This document shows, in pieces, positions 9,632 through 19,998 of a stretch of 64,000 bases of DNA. Below the pieces are notes generated by a model. That model saw only the letters and a list, made by a program, of their open reading frames with translations. It ran no database searches and was not told the DNA's origin. Source of the DNA: Promethearchaeota archaeon (GTDB taxonomy: Archaea; Asgardarchaeota; Lokiarchaeia; Sigyniarchaeales; SOKP01). A program made the position numbers and the translations under genes. Positions within the stretch are counted from its first letter, which is position 1, and the number at the start of each line of letters is the position of its first letter. The stretch spans positions 43,017-107,016 of the forward strand of contig JAHPZE010000012.1 in assembly GCA_019058365.1 (NCBI GenBank), written 5' to 3'.

Positions 9632-10495
9632 TTATTTCCCAATTATTAACAACATGATTAATTCCAATAATATTCCAATTTTCAATATTGAACTGATTTT
9701 TTTATAAATATCATTTTCTAATATGCTTGCTAGTGTTAAAAAAGCTCCAAGAATAATAATTATTAAACCAGGAATAGTAATAAAAAGAAATAGGGAGGGA
9801 TATTTAAGAATTTTATAAATTGAAAGCACCATGAAAAGTACAGATAAAATCTGGAAGAATAATGAATATTTGAGCAGTTTATAATCGTCCATTCTAATAG
9901 GGAATAGGATAAAATCTTCAACTTTCTCTCTTTTATTAAAGCCTTTAGTGAATTCTCGTGATATTTGTAGAAAAGAAATTGAAAAGAAGAAATAATAGAT
10001 ATAAACAGGTATATTTAATATATTTAGAAACGCGCCATAAATTAATCCGATAGAGAAGGTAAAAGTTATAATACAAACTTTAACAATAGGGATATTTTTT
10101 CTAGATTTTAAACCAATAATAATGAAGATACACCAAAGAATACCAATGAAGGCTGTAAAAATTATAATTGAAATATTAATATAATAAATTATAGAATTTA
10201 TAACTACATTAACTATAGTCAAAATAAAACCAATAAGATATCCTGTTCCAATTATTATCAACACTCGCTTAATTGTTAGGTTCCCATTGTAAGAAGGTGT
10301 ATCTAAGACTTGAAAGAGTTTAATGACTATTAATCCAGAAAAAGCAAGAAAGAGATAGGCAAGTGGGCCATAAATAAGATTTATAGTAAAAATTTCAACC
10401 CCAATACCTAATCGAGAATTGAAAATGCCAAAGAGGACCATTATACCCCCTTTTACTGATGGTTTGCCTATTTTTAAATACGTTCTAATTCTCAA
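9632..10495 (-). CDS. Divergent UbiA/DGGGP-synthase-like membrane protein lacking the Asp-rich motifs
   Basis: About 8 TM with UbiA-like landmarks (YLKIxxP start, GLIYGA, SRExxKG, SSILKIG) but no NDxxD or DxxxD. Confidence 0.55.
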   Translation of the reverse strand: MRIRTYLKIGKPSVKGGIMVLFGIFNSRLGIGVEIFTINLIYGPLAYLFLAFSGLIVIKLFQVLDTPSYNGNLTIKRVLIIIGTGYLIGFILTIVNVVINSIIYYINISIIIFTAFIGILWCIFIIIGLKSRKNIPIVKVCIITFTFSIGLIYGAFLNILNIPVYIYYFFFSISFLQISREFTKGFNKREKVEDFILFPIRMDDYKLLKYSLFFQILSVLFMVLSIYKILKYPSLFLFITIPGLIIIILGAFLTLASILENDIYKKISSILKIGILLELIMLLIIGK

Positions 10496-10515
10496 AGTAG
10501 CTTCCTTTCACCTAT

Positions 10516-12855
10516 TTATGTAATTTGATATATTCTTGAAGCAGTATCGAAATTGAGGACTAAGCTCTGGTTGCCAAACTTTATGAGAGTGTTTTTAGTA
10601 TCGAAGTCTTGATAACAATAATCATTCTCAAATCGAGGATATGGACCCAAATCAACTTCACTACCATCTACTTCCATTGAACCTTCCCAAGCTACACTAA
10701 TTAATCCTTGAGAGGGAGAGGAATATCGTACACTATACCCTAATGCATGTGGTATGACTTGAACTTGAGATTGCTGAATATCCGATATAAATTGGGCAAA
10801 AGACCCGTATTCATCAACACTTCCTAATTCAACTATCCATAGATTTTTAAACCCATCTACTCGAAGTTCATAATCTGAAGCCCAATAAGTGTCCATATAA
10901 GAATATAGTGCAACATATCCATCATCTTTAGCACCAAATGTCCATTTGCCATGTTGCTCCCAATCGTCAAAAGCCCAACGAGGAAAGTATGCATGTTGGT
11001 AAAATTTATTACCCATAAATAGATTTAAAAAGTAGAGAAGAAGTTCCCCTTCTAATGGTAAAGTTTCACGGTCATACTGAATAATTCCAACATTCTTATA
11101 TAATGTGGCACGAGGATTCCATCCTCCAACATAATTCTGCTCAAAATCTTTTGTGAGCCCTCCCGGTGAATTAGTATATACAAAAGCATCATCATCTAAG
11201 GAAGCTTGCCAAATATGTTCTTGATAACTATTCATCCCTTTTTGATGGTCCTGGGAACCAGAAAGTTGGTAATAGGGTGTTCTATATGTATAAGTATTTG
11301 AAGATTCCAAACAAATACCTTGAGTAATTAATTTCAATTTTTCTGAATATGAGCTTAATGGTATACCATATAAAAATGCAGACACTTTAAAGAAGTCAGC
11401 AATTATTTGAGGTCCGTACATAGTATCCGATTTTATATTATATTTTTCTACTAGATTAAAGACTTCCTTTATAGTTTGTGAAGGGAGGACTGCCGACATT
11501 CCAAGCCAGAACATAAGATCTTCTTCATTATAGTGTAGATTATATAATGGACCTTCATCCATATTTATGCTATTTCGTTCTTTATGCTCATTATATAAAG
11601 TCGCATTATTAGCAATATCCTCCAAAATTGGGGGAGGAGCATAATAATCACTAGTAGCTAAAGCAACAGCAGCGAGATTACTATTATCAAAGGGGTTATG
11701 ATCTCCAATACTAAGCATTATCCAAGCCGACTCAGATGTACTATCTCTAGAAGCAGGGGATGCAATACTAGTTCCTACTTTAGTTCTATCATAACAGCGA
11801 CCGTGAGTGGTTGCATATCTACCTTTATAATAATTATTAGCAAAGTCAAAAGCAATAATATCCAAAACACTCGCTGCTTTATAGACGATTTCCGGGTCTT
11901 CTGAAAAATCTACTAAATTAACTAACGCAGCAATATCCTCTGTGTAGTATGTATTTGAATGCCATTCTGAGAAACCAAATTGTGCTCGCCAATCAAGCCA
12001 TCTTTTTACAAGCGGTAATGCATGATTCACATGTTCCAACCCGGTCATACCTGAATTAACAAACGTATCATTAGGAAATAGTTGACCAATTAGTAATTCT
12101 GCTGTGTGAAAAAGAATCTGATGATTCTCAGTATAAAATATCATATCATCTCTAGTAGGCTCTGTATACCAATATTTAGTTTTACCAAAGGCATCAATAA
12201 CTTTGTTCCTTATTGATGGACTCAAAATACTCCTATTAATATCAATATATATTAATCGTAAAAGATTGTTTAATGTAAAATCTAAGGTGTCTCTAAAACT
12301 ATAGATTTTATAAAGGGAAGTTTCAATACTATCTTCACTTACATTCAACCCTAAATAAACCCGACATACTTGTGCATAAACATCTTCGCTGTTTTTGCTA
12401 TCATTTAAATATATATTTTGACGTTCTTTATATCCATCTGTAGCGTTAAACGTTTCAAATAAATCGAAACTGCGATTAAAATTAGTTCTCATTGAGAACT
12501 CCCATTGACCTTGGCTTATGTTTGGGCTTGTTTTATCTTGTCTGGAATGAAAGAATTGTGGTAAAATTAAAATAATAAAAATGAAAAATAATTTTGGAAA
12601 TTTCTTACTTTTACTAACTTCAGGTCGCTTTATACTATAGATTTTACAAGATAAATAAATTACAAATAAAATTATTACAATATTATTAAAAACACTATAT
12701 GATGATAGACAATACATTCCAAAACCAATAAATATGAAATAACCTCCTATACTACTCGAAATAATAATTTTCCAAAAAAAAGTTATACCAATTAAAATTA
12801 TTGTAGAATAGAATAACCATCTAATTGTTTTCTTCTGATTTTTTAATTTTATCAT
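10516..12855 (-). CDS. Membrane-anchored extracellular protein, putative heparinase II/III-like polysaccharide-lyase fold
   Basis: 3 N-terminal TM, then a helical domain (ENHQILFHTAE, GFSEWHSNTYY, HGRCY) and a beta-rich C-terminus (YQEHIWQA); many N-x-S/T sequons. The fold is inferred. Confidence 0.5.
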   Translation of the reverse strand: MIKLKNQKKTIRWLFYSTIILIGITFFWKIIISSSIGGYFIFIGFGMYCLSSYSVFNNIVIILFVIYLSCKIYSIKRPEVSKSKKFPKLFFIFIILILPQFFHSRQDKTSPNISQGQWEFSMRTNFNRSFDLFETFNATDGYKERQNIYLNDSKNSEDVYAQVCRVYLGLNVSEDSIETSLYKIYSFRDTLDFTLNNLLRLIYIDINRSILSPSIRNKVIDAFGKTKYWYTEPTRDDMIFYTENHQILFHTAELLIGQLFPNDTFVNSGMTGLEHVNHALPLVKRWLDWRAQFGFSEWHSNTYYTEDIAALVNLVDFSEDPEIVYKAASVLDIIAFDFANNYYKGRYATTHGRCYDRTKVGTSIASPASRDSTSESAWIMLSIGDHNPFDNSNLAAVALATSDYYAPPPILEDIANNATLYNEHKERNSINMDEGPLYNLHYNEEDLMFWLGMSAVLPSQTIKEVFNLVEKYNIKSDTMYGPQIIADFFKVSAFLYGIPLSSYSEKLKLITQGICLESSNTYTYRTPYYQLSGSQDHQKGMNSYQEHIWQASLDDDAFVYTNSPGGLTKDFEQNYVGGWNPRATLYKNVGIIQYDRETLPLEGELLLYFLNLFMGNKFYQHAYFPRWAFDDWEQHGKWTFGAKDDGYVALYSYMDTYWASDYELRVDGFKNLWIVELGSVDEYGSFAQFISDIQQSQVQVIPHALGYSVRYSSPSQGLISVAWEGSMEVDGSEVDLGPYPRFENDYCYQDFDTKNTLIKFGNQSLVLNFDTASRIYQIT

Positions 12856-12936
12856 TATTTTCCAGTAAGAAAATTTTACTAAATTTTGCTATTTTAAATT
12901 TGATTTATGTCTTAAAATATCTTTTTCTAGAAATGG

Positions 12937-14310
12937 CTAATTCTTATATTGAGGATCTCTTGTTGCACATCCTACATTTCTTCCAAGTTTCATGAATTCA
13001 GAGCACTTTGAACATGTAATACAAGTCTGCTTTTTATCAATAATTCCATCTTGGAAAAGCTGTTTAGGAAAGTTAGGATTTGCGAGTGCCATCCTTCCAA
13101 AACCACAAATATCAACTTTTTTCTCATGGGTTAAACCTGCTGCAATATAACCTGCAAATTGGCGTAAATAAGAATAACCAGACCCTAAAATTATTGCGTC
13201 ATTTGGTAAATGATTTTTAATTAAAGATGTTAAGTTTAAAAGTCTACTCACACCAAATAAAGGATTTTCATTAGGTAAAATCCCTCCTTTTACAGGTGTA
13301 TCAAATGGACGTGTAATCTGGGGTTTGTAATGAGGATTTCCAGCAGAAATGTTAATTAGTCTTATCCCTAAATTATATAGCCTATTTATTATTTCAATAG
13401 GTTCAATAAGATCAATAGAAGCTGGAAATTTTTCATTTTCTACTGGCTTCACTCCAAACCCATAAGGATAAGGAATACCATCATATATACTCATGCGGGT
13501 AGTTAATACGAAGTCACTTTCATTCATTAATTCTTTATTCAATCTTTCTATAATATTTAAAAAGAATCTTGCTCTGTTTTCAAAACTATTTCCACCATAT
13601 ATAGAATTCTTACGAATTCTTGAACTTAATAATTCATGAATTAAATAACCATGACAAGCTTTTATATCTACACCATCAAACCCTACTTTTTTTGCTAAAA
13701 TCGCCTTTTGAACCCAAATATCTTCTAACTCTTTTAAATCTTCATCAGATATTATAATACCATCTTTTTCTGAAAGACCTCTAGCTTTATCTAATTCAGC
13801 ATATTGAAACGCTTTTATTGGGTATTTTTTACCCTTTCTTACACAATATCTTCCAGAATGATTCAATTGGAGAATTAAAACACAATCATTTAAAAATCCT
13901 AGTTCTCTCAAAGTGGTATTACAAATATCTCTTATATATGAGACAAATTCTTTAAATTTATCAGAATTTTCTTCAGTTAAAACTAATTGATGTGCGTTTG
14001 AACGGCAATCATGGCTAATTGCTGTTGCCTCAAACCAAATTAATCCTGCGCCCCCTCTTGCATATCGTTCATATCTTCTATAAGTTAATCTTCCCGGGTC
14101 TCCATCTGGATTAGCATCAAAACCTTCTATTGGTTGAATGGATAACCTGTTGGGGATAAATCTCTTAGCAATGTTTATTCTTTGCTGTAAAATTTCAACT
14201 CTAGGATAGAAAGGAATATCTAAATGTAATTCCATGACCTTATTCTTCAAATCTTCTAAACTCTTATAAATAAATGGTTCAAATTGCATGTGGGAAGGAT
14301 TAAAACTCAT
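12937..14310 (-). CDS. NADH:flavin oxidoreductase (Old Yellow Enzyme family), DIKACHGY variant
   Basis: PNRLSIQPIEG, GGAGLIWFEATA, QLNHSGR, KACHGYL, YGG..ENRARF, CITCSKC. Confidence 0.85.
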   Translation of the reverse strand: MSFNPSHMQFEPFIYKSLEDLKNKVMELHLDIPFYPRVEILQQRINIAKRFIPNRLSIQPIEGFDANPDGDPGRLTYRRYERYARGGAGLIWFEATAISHDCRSNAHQLVLTEENSDKFKEFVSYIRDICNTTLRELGFLNDCVLILQLNHSGRYCVRKGKKYPIKAFQYAELDKARGLSEKDGIIISDEDLKELEDIWVQKAILAKKVGFDGVDIKACHGYLIHELLSSRIRKNSIYGGNSFENRARFFLNIIERLNKELMNESDFVLTTRMSIYDGIPYPYGFGVKPVENEKFPASIDLIEPIEIINRLYNLGIRLINISAGNPHYKPQITRPFDTPVKGGILPNENPLFGVSRLLNLTSLIKNHLPNDAIILGSGYSYLRQFAGYIAAGLTHEKKVDICGFGRMALANPNFPKQLFQDGIIDKKQTCITCSKCSEFMKLGRNVGCATRDPQYKN

Positions 14311-14368
14311 TACATTATAATTAGAGAACCCTTAATAAAGAACTTTTCATTTTTTTTAATGATGATTT

Positions 14369-15004
14369 ATGGCTAAAAAGAAAATTTTACTATGTCAAAG
14401 AGGTAGGTATTTCAAAAAGGATAAGACTTATTCTTATTTCAAAGAAATCTTGAATGAATATATCATTGATAATTATGTAGATGTTGAGATTTTTAAAAAT
14501 AGAGACTTTTTTGAGTATGATACAACTATTTTTTTTACCCAATTCGGTGAATTTACAGAAGAACAAGAGAAAAATTTGTTAGATTTTATTTCAAGTGGAA
14601 AAGGTTTTGTAGGACTGCATGGAGCTTCAGCATCCTTTAAACAACACGCTAAATATTATGAAATGATTGGAGGAAGATTTTCTGGTCATAAAAAGAAATG
14701 CATCATAGATATCAAAATTATAGATAAAAAACATCCAATCACAAAAAATTTGGATGACTTCACTTTTTTTGATGAACCTTATCGTCATGATTTCTCCATG
14801 AAAGGTGATATGAAAGTATTAGCAGAAGCATATTATCATGATGAGGAAGATCCTGAACCAGAACCAATTATCTGGGTAAAATCTTATGGGAAAGGAAGGA
14901 TCGCATTTTGTGCATTAGGTCATCAAGCAAGGGCTCTAAAAAATGAGATTTTTCGTACAATCATTAAAAATTCAGTAAAATGGGTAATAGACGGGCAAAA
15001 ATAA
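14369..15004 (+). CDS. ThuA-like (class I glutamine-amidotransferase-like) domain protein
   Basis: GKGFVGLHGAS, GGRFSGH, HPIT, DEPY, YGKGRIAFCALGH. Confidence 0.85.
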   Translation: MAKKKILLCQRGRYFKKDKTYSYFKEILNEYIIDNYVDVEIFKNRDFFEYDTTIFFTQFGEFTEEQEKNLLDFISSGKGFVGLHGASASFKQHAKYYEMIGGRFSGHKKKCIIDIKIIDKKHPITKNLDDFTFFDEPYRHDFSMKGDMKVLAEAYYHDEEDPEPEPIIWVKSYGKGRIAFCALGHQARALKNEIFRTIIKNSVKWVIDGQK

Positions 15005-16041
15005 AGGTGAATTATATAGAAAATAATAATTTTGTAAAAGTTGGTGTAATCGGCTGTGGATTGATAGCAAATAGTTACAAATTAGCTACTAGAGTGGTCA
15101 AAAACACAACAATTGTTGCTGCAACGGATTTAAACTTAAACAGAGCTATCAGAATAGCCGGTAAAAAGCATGCTTATACTAACGTTGAAGATATGTATGA
15201 AAATGAAGATTTTAATGCAGTCTATATTGCAACACCTCCTTTTCTCCATAAATCTATGATTAAACAGGCTTTTGAAAAGGGGAAACATGTTTTATGTGAA
15301 AAACCTATAACAGTTACAATAGAAGATACTCGTGAAATTATTCAATTAGATAAAAAATTTAATGATTTAAAATTAGGCTTTAATTATATGCATAGATATG
15401 ACCATAAAAGTTATCGTTTAGCTTCAGCTCTTAACAATAATCATTTAGGAGAAACATACTATGCTAATTGTAATATATTTTTTAGCAGAGATGCTACTTA
15501 TTTTGAAAAAGGTCCATGGCGAGCTGAGAAAGAGAAAGCTGGTGGAGGAACTATCTTATCTCATGGGTCCCATTTTATAGATATATTGTTATGGGCTTTA
15601 GGAGAACCTTTATCTGTAATTGGAAAGATAGACAAATTAAAATTTAAAACTTCTGAAGTAGAAGATATTGGATTTGGAATCATCGAATTTGAAAATGGAT
15701 CTTATGGACAATTAAATAACTCCATGTTTGTTTACCCCCCCATGAGTATATTAAAAGAAAGAATGGAGATACAAATTTTTGGAAATAAAGGAAGATGTTA
15801 TTATAAAGCCCCTTGGCCATTTTCTTCCCTAAAATGGAAGGGAGTTAAGAAATTTAAAATAAAAAAAGATACAAAGGGTTTCTCTCATTTAGGGAGATCT
15901 ATAAAAGCCTTTGGAAATTGGATCCTTCATGATAAACCCTACTTAAATACTGTGAAACAAAGTGCAAAAATTCTGTGTTTAATATCTGCTCTATATAAAT
16001 CTTCTGAAACCGGTAAAAAAGAACAAATTGAAAAATTATAA
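14980..16041 (+). CDS. Gfo/Idh/MocA family NAD(P)-dependent oxidoreductase (start possibly GTG 15007)
   Basis: GVIGCGLI, IATPPFLH, KHVLCEKP, GGGTILSHGSHFID, VED. Confidence 0.9.
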   Translation: MGNRRAKIKVNYIENNNFVKVGVIGCGLIANSYKLATRVVKNTTIVAATDLNLNRAIRIAGKKHAYTNVEDMYENEDFNAVYIATPPFLHKSMIKQAFEKGKHVLCEKPITVTIEDTREIIQLDKKFNDLKLGFNYMHRYDHKSYRLASALNNNHLGETYYANCNIFFSRDATYFEKGPWRAEKEKAGGGTILSHGSHFIDILLWALGEPLSVIGKIDKLKFKTSEVEDIGFGIIEFENGSYGQLNNSMFVYPPMSILKERMEIQIFGNKGRCYYKAPWPFSSLKWKGVKKFKIKKDTKGFSHLGRSIKAFGNWILHDKPYLNTVKQSAKILCLISALYKSSETGKKEQIEKL

Positions 16042-16062
16042 AGAGAATTTTTCTATCTAGAG

Positions 16063-18111
16063 TTATAATTCAAATTTAATTGATAATAGCTCATCATTCT
16101 TAGATGAGCCACCCATATAAAGTGTGTATGTTATCTTTTCAATTTCCCATGATTTTGATTCTGGATTATACCAAGCTAGGTTTTTCCTTGACACTTCAAT
16201 TTTAACGTTTTTTGTTTCATTTTGTTTTAGAGGGATACGCTTAAATCCTTTCAAGAGTTTTAAAGGGCGATCAATTTGAGATTGTTCAAACCCAATATAT
16301 AATTGTACTACCTCATCTCCAGCTATTTTTCCTGTATTTTTAACATCTACAGTTCCAATAACTTTATCATTCTTTACATCAACTTGTAAGTCACTATAAG
16401 AAAATGTAACATAACTTAGCCCGAATCCAAAAGGGAATGCCGGTTCATATCCATTTTTATCAAAAAGAGTATATCCATGATAATATCCATATTCAATTTC
16501 ATCTGCATTTTTATCGAAATAAGGTAAATGCTTAGGATCTTTAGGAATTGTAAAAGGTAATTTTCCCCCTGGATTTATATCTCCAAAGAGTATTTTTGCT
16601 AAAGCATTGCCTCCTTCTACACCAGAATACCAAGCCATTAATATTGAAGGTATTTGATCTTTCCATTCTTCCATAGTGATTGCGCTTCCTCCAATCAGAA
16701 CCACAATAGAATTTTTATTTTCCGCTGAGACTGTGTTAATTAATTCAATATCTTTATCATGTAAGGAAAGAGTGTCTCGATCACCACCAGTTCTAAATTC
16801 TTTAATATATTCTCCTTCATCCTTATAATTTAAACCAACAACTATAATTGCGACATCTGCTTCCTTGGCAGTATTTTTAACACTTTTCTGGTCTTTTCCA
16901 TCGTCATAGACCACTTCAATTGAGTCTCCTAGATATCTTTTAATACCCATCAGTGGGGTAATAACTTTTTTAACTGCTACATTACTACTTCCATGATCTC
17001 CTGTATTTTTCACTTTAGCATATTTTCCAAAAACCACTAATTTACTGATTTTATTTTTATTCAATGGTAAAATTTCATTTTCATTTTTGAGGAGTACCAT
17101 ACCTTTTTCTGCTGTTTCTAATGCTACTTTATAGTGTTCTTTACATCCAATTAACTCGTTTTCATAGTTCTGCGGATCTTCTTTTGTAACATAATTGAGA
17201 ATCGTTCGCATAACTCGTCCTGCTGCATCATCTATCATTGCTTCTGTTATTTTACCTGCTTCCAATGCATTTTTGATTTTTTTAACTTTAAAATACTTTG
17301 CTCGAGGCATTTCAACATCTAATCCACCAGCTACTCCCCCTACGGTGTCTTTCACACCATACATCCAATCAGAATGAACAAATCCCTTGAAATTCCAATC
17401 ACCCTTCAAAATATCACGCAATAAATAGTTATTATGTCCACAATATTTGCCCCGAATTTTATTGTAAGCACTCATTATAGTGGCACACCCTTCTTCAATA
17501 CATCGTTTAAAATGAGGCAGATATACCTCTCGAAGTGTGCGTTCATCCATTTTCACATTCACTTTAAATCGGGCATTTTCAATGCTATTTGCGGCAAAAT
17601 GCTTAGCAGTCGCCATAACATTATGTTTTTGAACACCTCGAGTCAAAGCAACACCAAATTCGCTGAGTAAGAATGGATCTTCACCATAAGTTTCTTGAGC
17701 TCTACCCCACGCAGGATGACGTAATAAGTTAATACAAACACCCCCAAAGAGATTTCCCCCATGCGCACGGACTTCTTTTCCAATAACATCACCCACTCGT
17801 TGTTCTAGATCTATATCCCATGACGCTGCACGAGCCATAGATACAGGAAAGCAAGTAGAACCTGGAATAATTACCCCACGGGGACCATCTGTAAATTTGA
17901 AGGGGGGAATATTAAATTTTTTTGAACCCGCAGCATCATATGCTCGTTTTCCAAAGCCTTTATCCTCAATTACTTTCATGAATAGACCATTTCCACTCAT
18001 TTGGGCAATCTTTTCTTCCAAACTCATATGTTCTAGAACATAATTTACATAGTCATCAATTTCACTTTCATTCATTCCTTTCTTGATTTCAATCATCCAT
18101 TTTATCCCCAA
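16063..18111 (-). CDS. Glycoside hydrolase family 3 (beta-glucosidase/xylosidase) with FnIII C-terminus
   Basis: DGPRG, WGRAQETYGEDP, KHFAAN, MSAYN, SDW nucleophile, FPFGFGLSY, LKGFKRI. Confidence 0.95.
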   Translation of the reverse strand: MGIKWMIEIKKGMNESEIDDYVNYVLEHMSLEEKIAQMSGNGLFMKVIEDKGFGKRAYDAAGSKKFNIPPFKFTDGPRGVIIPGSTCFPVSMARAASWDIDLEQRVGDVIGKEVRAHGGNLFGGVCINLLRHPAWGRAQETYGEDPFLLSEFGVALTRGVQKHNVMATAKHFAANSIENARFKVNVKMDERTLREVYLPHFKRCIEEGCATIMSAYNKIRGKYCGHNNYLLRDILKGDWNFKGFVHSDWMYGVKDTVGGVAGGLDVEMPRAKYFKVKKIKNALEAGKITEAMIDDAAGRVMRTILNYVTKEDPQNYENELIGCKEHYKVALETAEKGMVLLKNENEILPLNKNKISKLVVFGKYAKVKNTGDHGSSNVAVKKVITPLMGIKRYLGDSIEVVYDDGKDQKSVKNTAKEADVAIIVVGLNYKDEGEYIKEFRTGGDRDTLSLHDKDIELINTVSAENKNSIVVLIGGSAITMEEWKDQIPSILMAWYSGVEGGNALAKILFGDINPGGKLPFTIPKDPKHLPYFDKNADEIEYGYYHGYTLFDKNGYEPAFPFGFGLSYVTFSYSDLQVDVKNDKVIGTVDVKNTGKIAGDEVVQLYIGFEQSQIDRPLKLLKGFKRIPLKQNETKNVKIEVSRKNLAWYNPESKSWEIEKITYTLYMGGSSKNDELLSIKFEL

Positions 18112-18191
18112 TTAAAATTGTAATAACATCAAAGATAATTAAAAAAAAAAAGGATTTAAAGTAAATTTTCTCCTTTTAGAATTTTATAATT

Positions 18192-19871
18192 TTAAAGAGA
18201 TATTCCTAGATCTGCCAAGCTAAATAAGCATGAGAGAATTAACCATACTAAGAAAAATCCAATGCCCGTAAGCGAAATTATTAGTGCTCGCTTATTATAG
18301 GTGTTATCTTGTTCAGTTCTTTTTGATCCTCTTGCTATAATATATGTAATAAATGAAATTGGGAAAAAGAGAAAACCAAAGAAAGACATCTTATAAGCAA
18401 ATTTAGAATCTGCTTGTAAATCATGTCGAATCTCATTCTTTTCTATAACATTTAACCATTCAGCATTATAAAATGCTTCTTCAACATTTAATTCTCCTGA
18501 CTGCCACCATTTCTGATTAGCCACTTTCCTAGCAGGAATGATCTGCGCTGAAATTGTACCTATAGTCCATTCCAAGCTTCCAATATATTTAACTCTTTCC
18601 CAAGCGAGCAAAATACCATGTAAAATTAAGAAAGTTATAGCCATCGTTAGAAAAGTACCTACCCAATCGAGATGGAGGTATGGTTGTTTATATATCGTTG
18701 AGGAGATTATAAACCACACTATAAAATAGACCCACTGAATATTATAAACAGTGAAAGCGACGAATCCAAATCGACGGAAAAATCGTGTTTTATCAGCGAA
18801 TTCTTTGCCGCGACCTCGAAATTCAACCACACGAACTACAACCATAATAAGACACGTTGCTGCTCCATTTAAACTCATAAATTGAAAAAGCCATCCTAAG
18901 AACGGTACAGGATTATCTGGATTGTCAGGAACCCAATTTCGGTGAAATGGAAGATTAGGCCAAAGTGCTAATGTTGCATCAATGCCAATTATAGCAAAAT
19001 TGATAATAAGACCAAAAATACCAATAATAAAGACTATAAATCCTATTTGCATTACTCTATTGGGGAAGTGATGTTGAACTTCTTCTCTTTTTTGTGCTAA
19101 AGTGATTCCAATGATACTACCCATAAATGATACTGCTAAGTAAGGAAATATGGGTTCCTCTCTTCCTGCAATAGCATTAAAAAAGAAGTGTGTAATAAAA
19201 TCCCACCATGGAGACCTTCCAAGGTAAGGATACTGCACATCTACACCTGTAACTGGATCGATGGCCCATGGATATCCAGGGATTGCTAAATCAACAAGCC
19301 ACCACATAAGTGGTGTGAGAACAACTATAGCTACAATCAAGATTATGTATTTTTTTATAAGGTGATTAGGGTTTTTCCAGCCCTCATTCCTAGAGAGAAT
19401 TCCTTGTACAATACCATTAAGAATAATACACCAGGCTATTGTATGGATTGTTTCAAAGTGATAACCACGATAAAGTATTACTTGCCAATTCCACGCAGAG
19501 ACATCATCTAATGTTTTCATAAGATTGGCTACAGCTCCATGGATACTTAAGAAACTTTCAGATATCATAGCAAAAATCAACAATAATACACCACCCATGA
19601 TCTGTCTTATCACTAAATCCTTTACACTTCTTCCGGCTTGTAAATGTCGGTACATACTAATCATATTTCCTATAGCTGAAACCATTAAAAAAAAACCCGC
19701 TAAACCACCTAAAAACGGCAATACGATAAATGCTACTATATTTATCAACACTATGTTGTCTATTTGAGCGAGTAAGCCATCAATATCTAATACATGAAGT
19801 ATAGTGTGTAAGAAGATCATTAAAACAATTGCAATACCACGTAAAAAATCAATACTAGCAAATCGTCTCAT
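18192..19871 (-). CDS. DUF1624/HGSNAT-like multi-pass membrane acyltransferase-family protein
   Basis: RFASIDFLRGIAIVLMIFLH N-terminal motif, PIFPYL, more than 10 TM. Confidence 0.65.
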   Translation of the reverse strand: MRRFASIDFLRGIAIVLMIFLHTILHVLDIDGLLAQIDNIVLINIVAFIVLPFLGGLAGFFLMVSAIGNMISMYRHLQAGRSVKDLVIRQIMGGVLLLIFAMISESFLSIHGAVANLMKTLDDVSAWNWQVILYRGYHFETIHTIAWCIILNGIVQGILSRNEGWKNPNHLIKKYIILIVAIVVLTPLMWWLVDLAIPGYPWAIDPVTGVDVQYPYLGRSPWWDFITHFFFNAIAGREEPIFPYLAVSFMGSIIGITLAQKREEVQHHFPNRVMQIGFIVFIIGIFGLIINFAIIGIDATLALWPNLPFHRNWVPDNPDNPVPFLGWLFQFMSLNGAATCLIMVVVRVVEFRGRGKEFADKTRFFRRFGFVAFTVYNIQWVYFIVWFIISSTIYKQPYLHLDWVGTFLTMAITFLILHGILLAWERVKYIGSLEWTIGTISAQIIPARKVANQKWWQSGELNVEEAFYNAEWLNVIEKNEIRHDLQADSKFAYKMSFFGFLFFPISFITYIIARGSKRTEQDNTYNKRALIISLTGIGFFLVWLILSCLFSLADLGISL

Positions 19872-19998
19872 TTTGAATCATCAAATAATTATATTTTGTT
19901 ATAGTAAGATAGATATATTCTTATATTTATTCTTTTAAATTCACTTCTTTGATACTCATTTAAAAATATTTTTAATAAACTCAAATAAATAGTATTGT

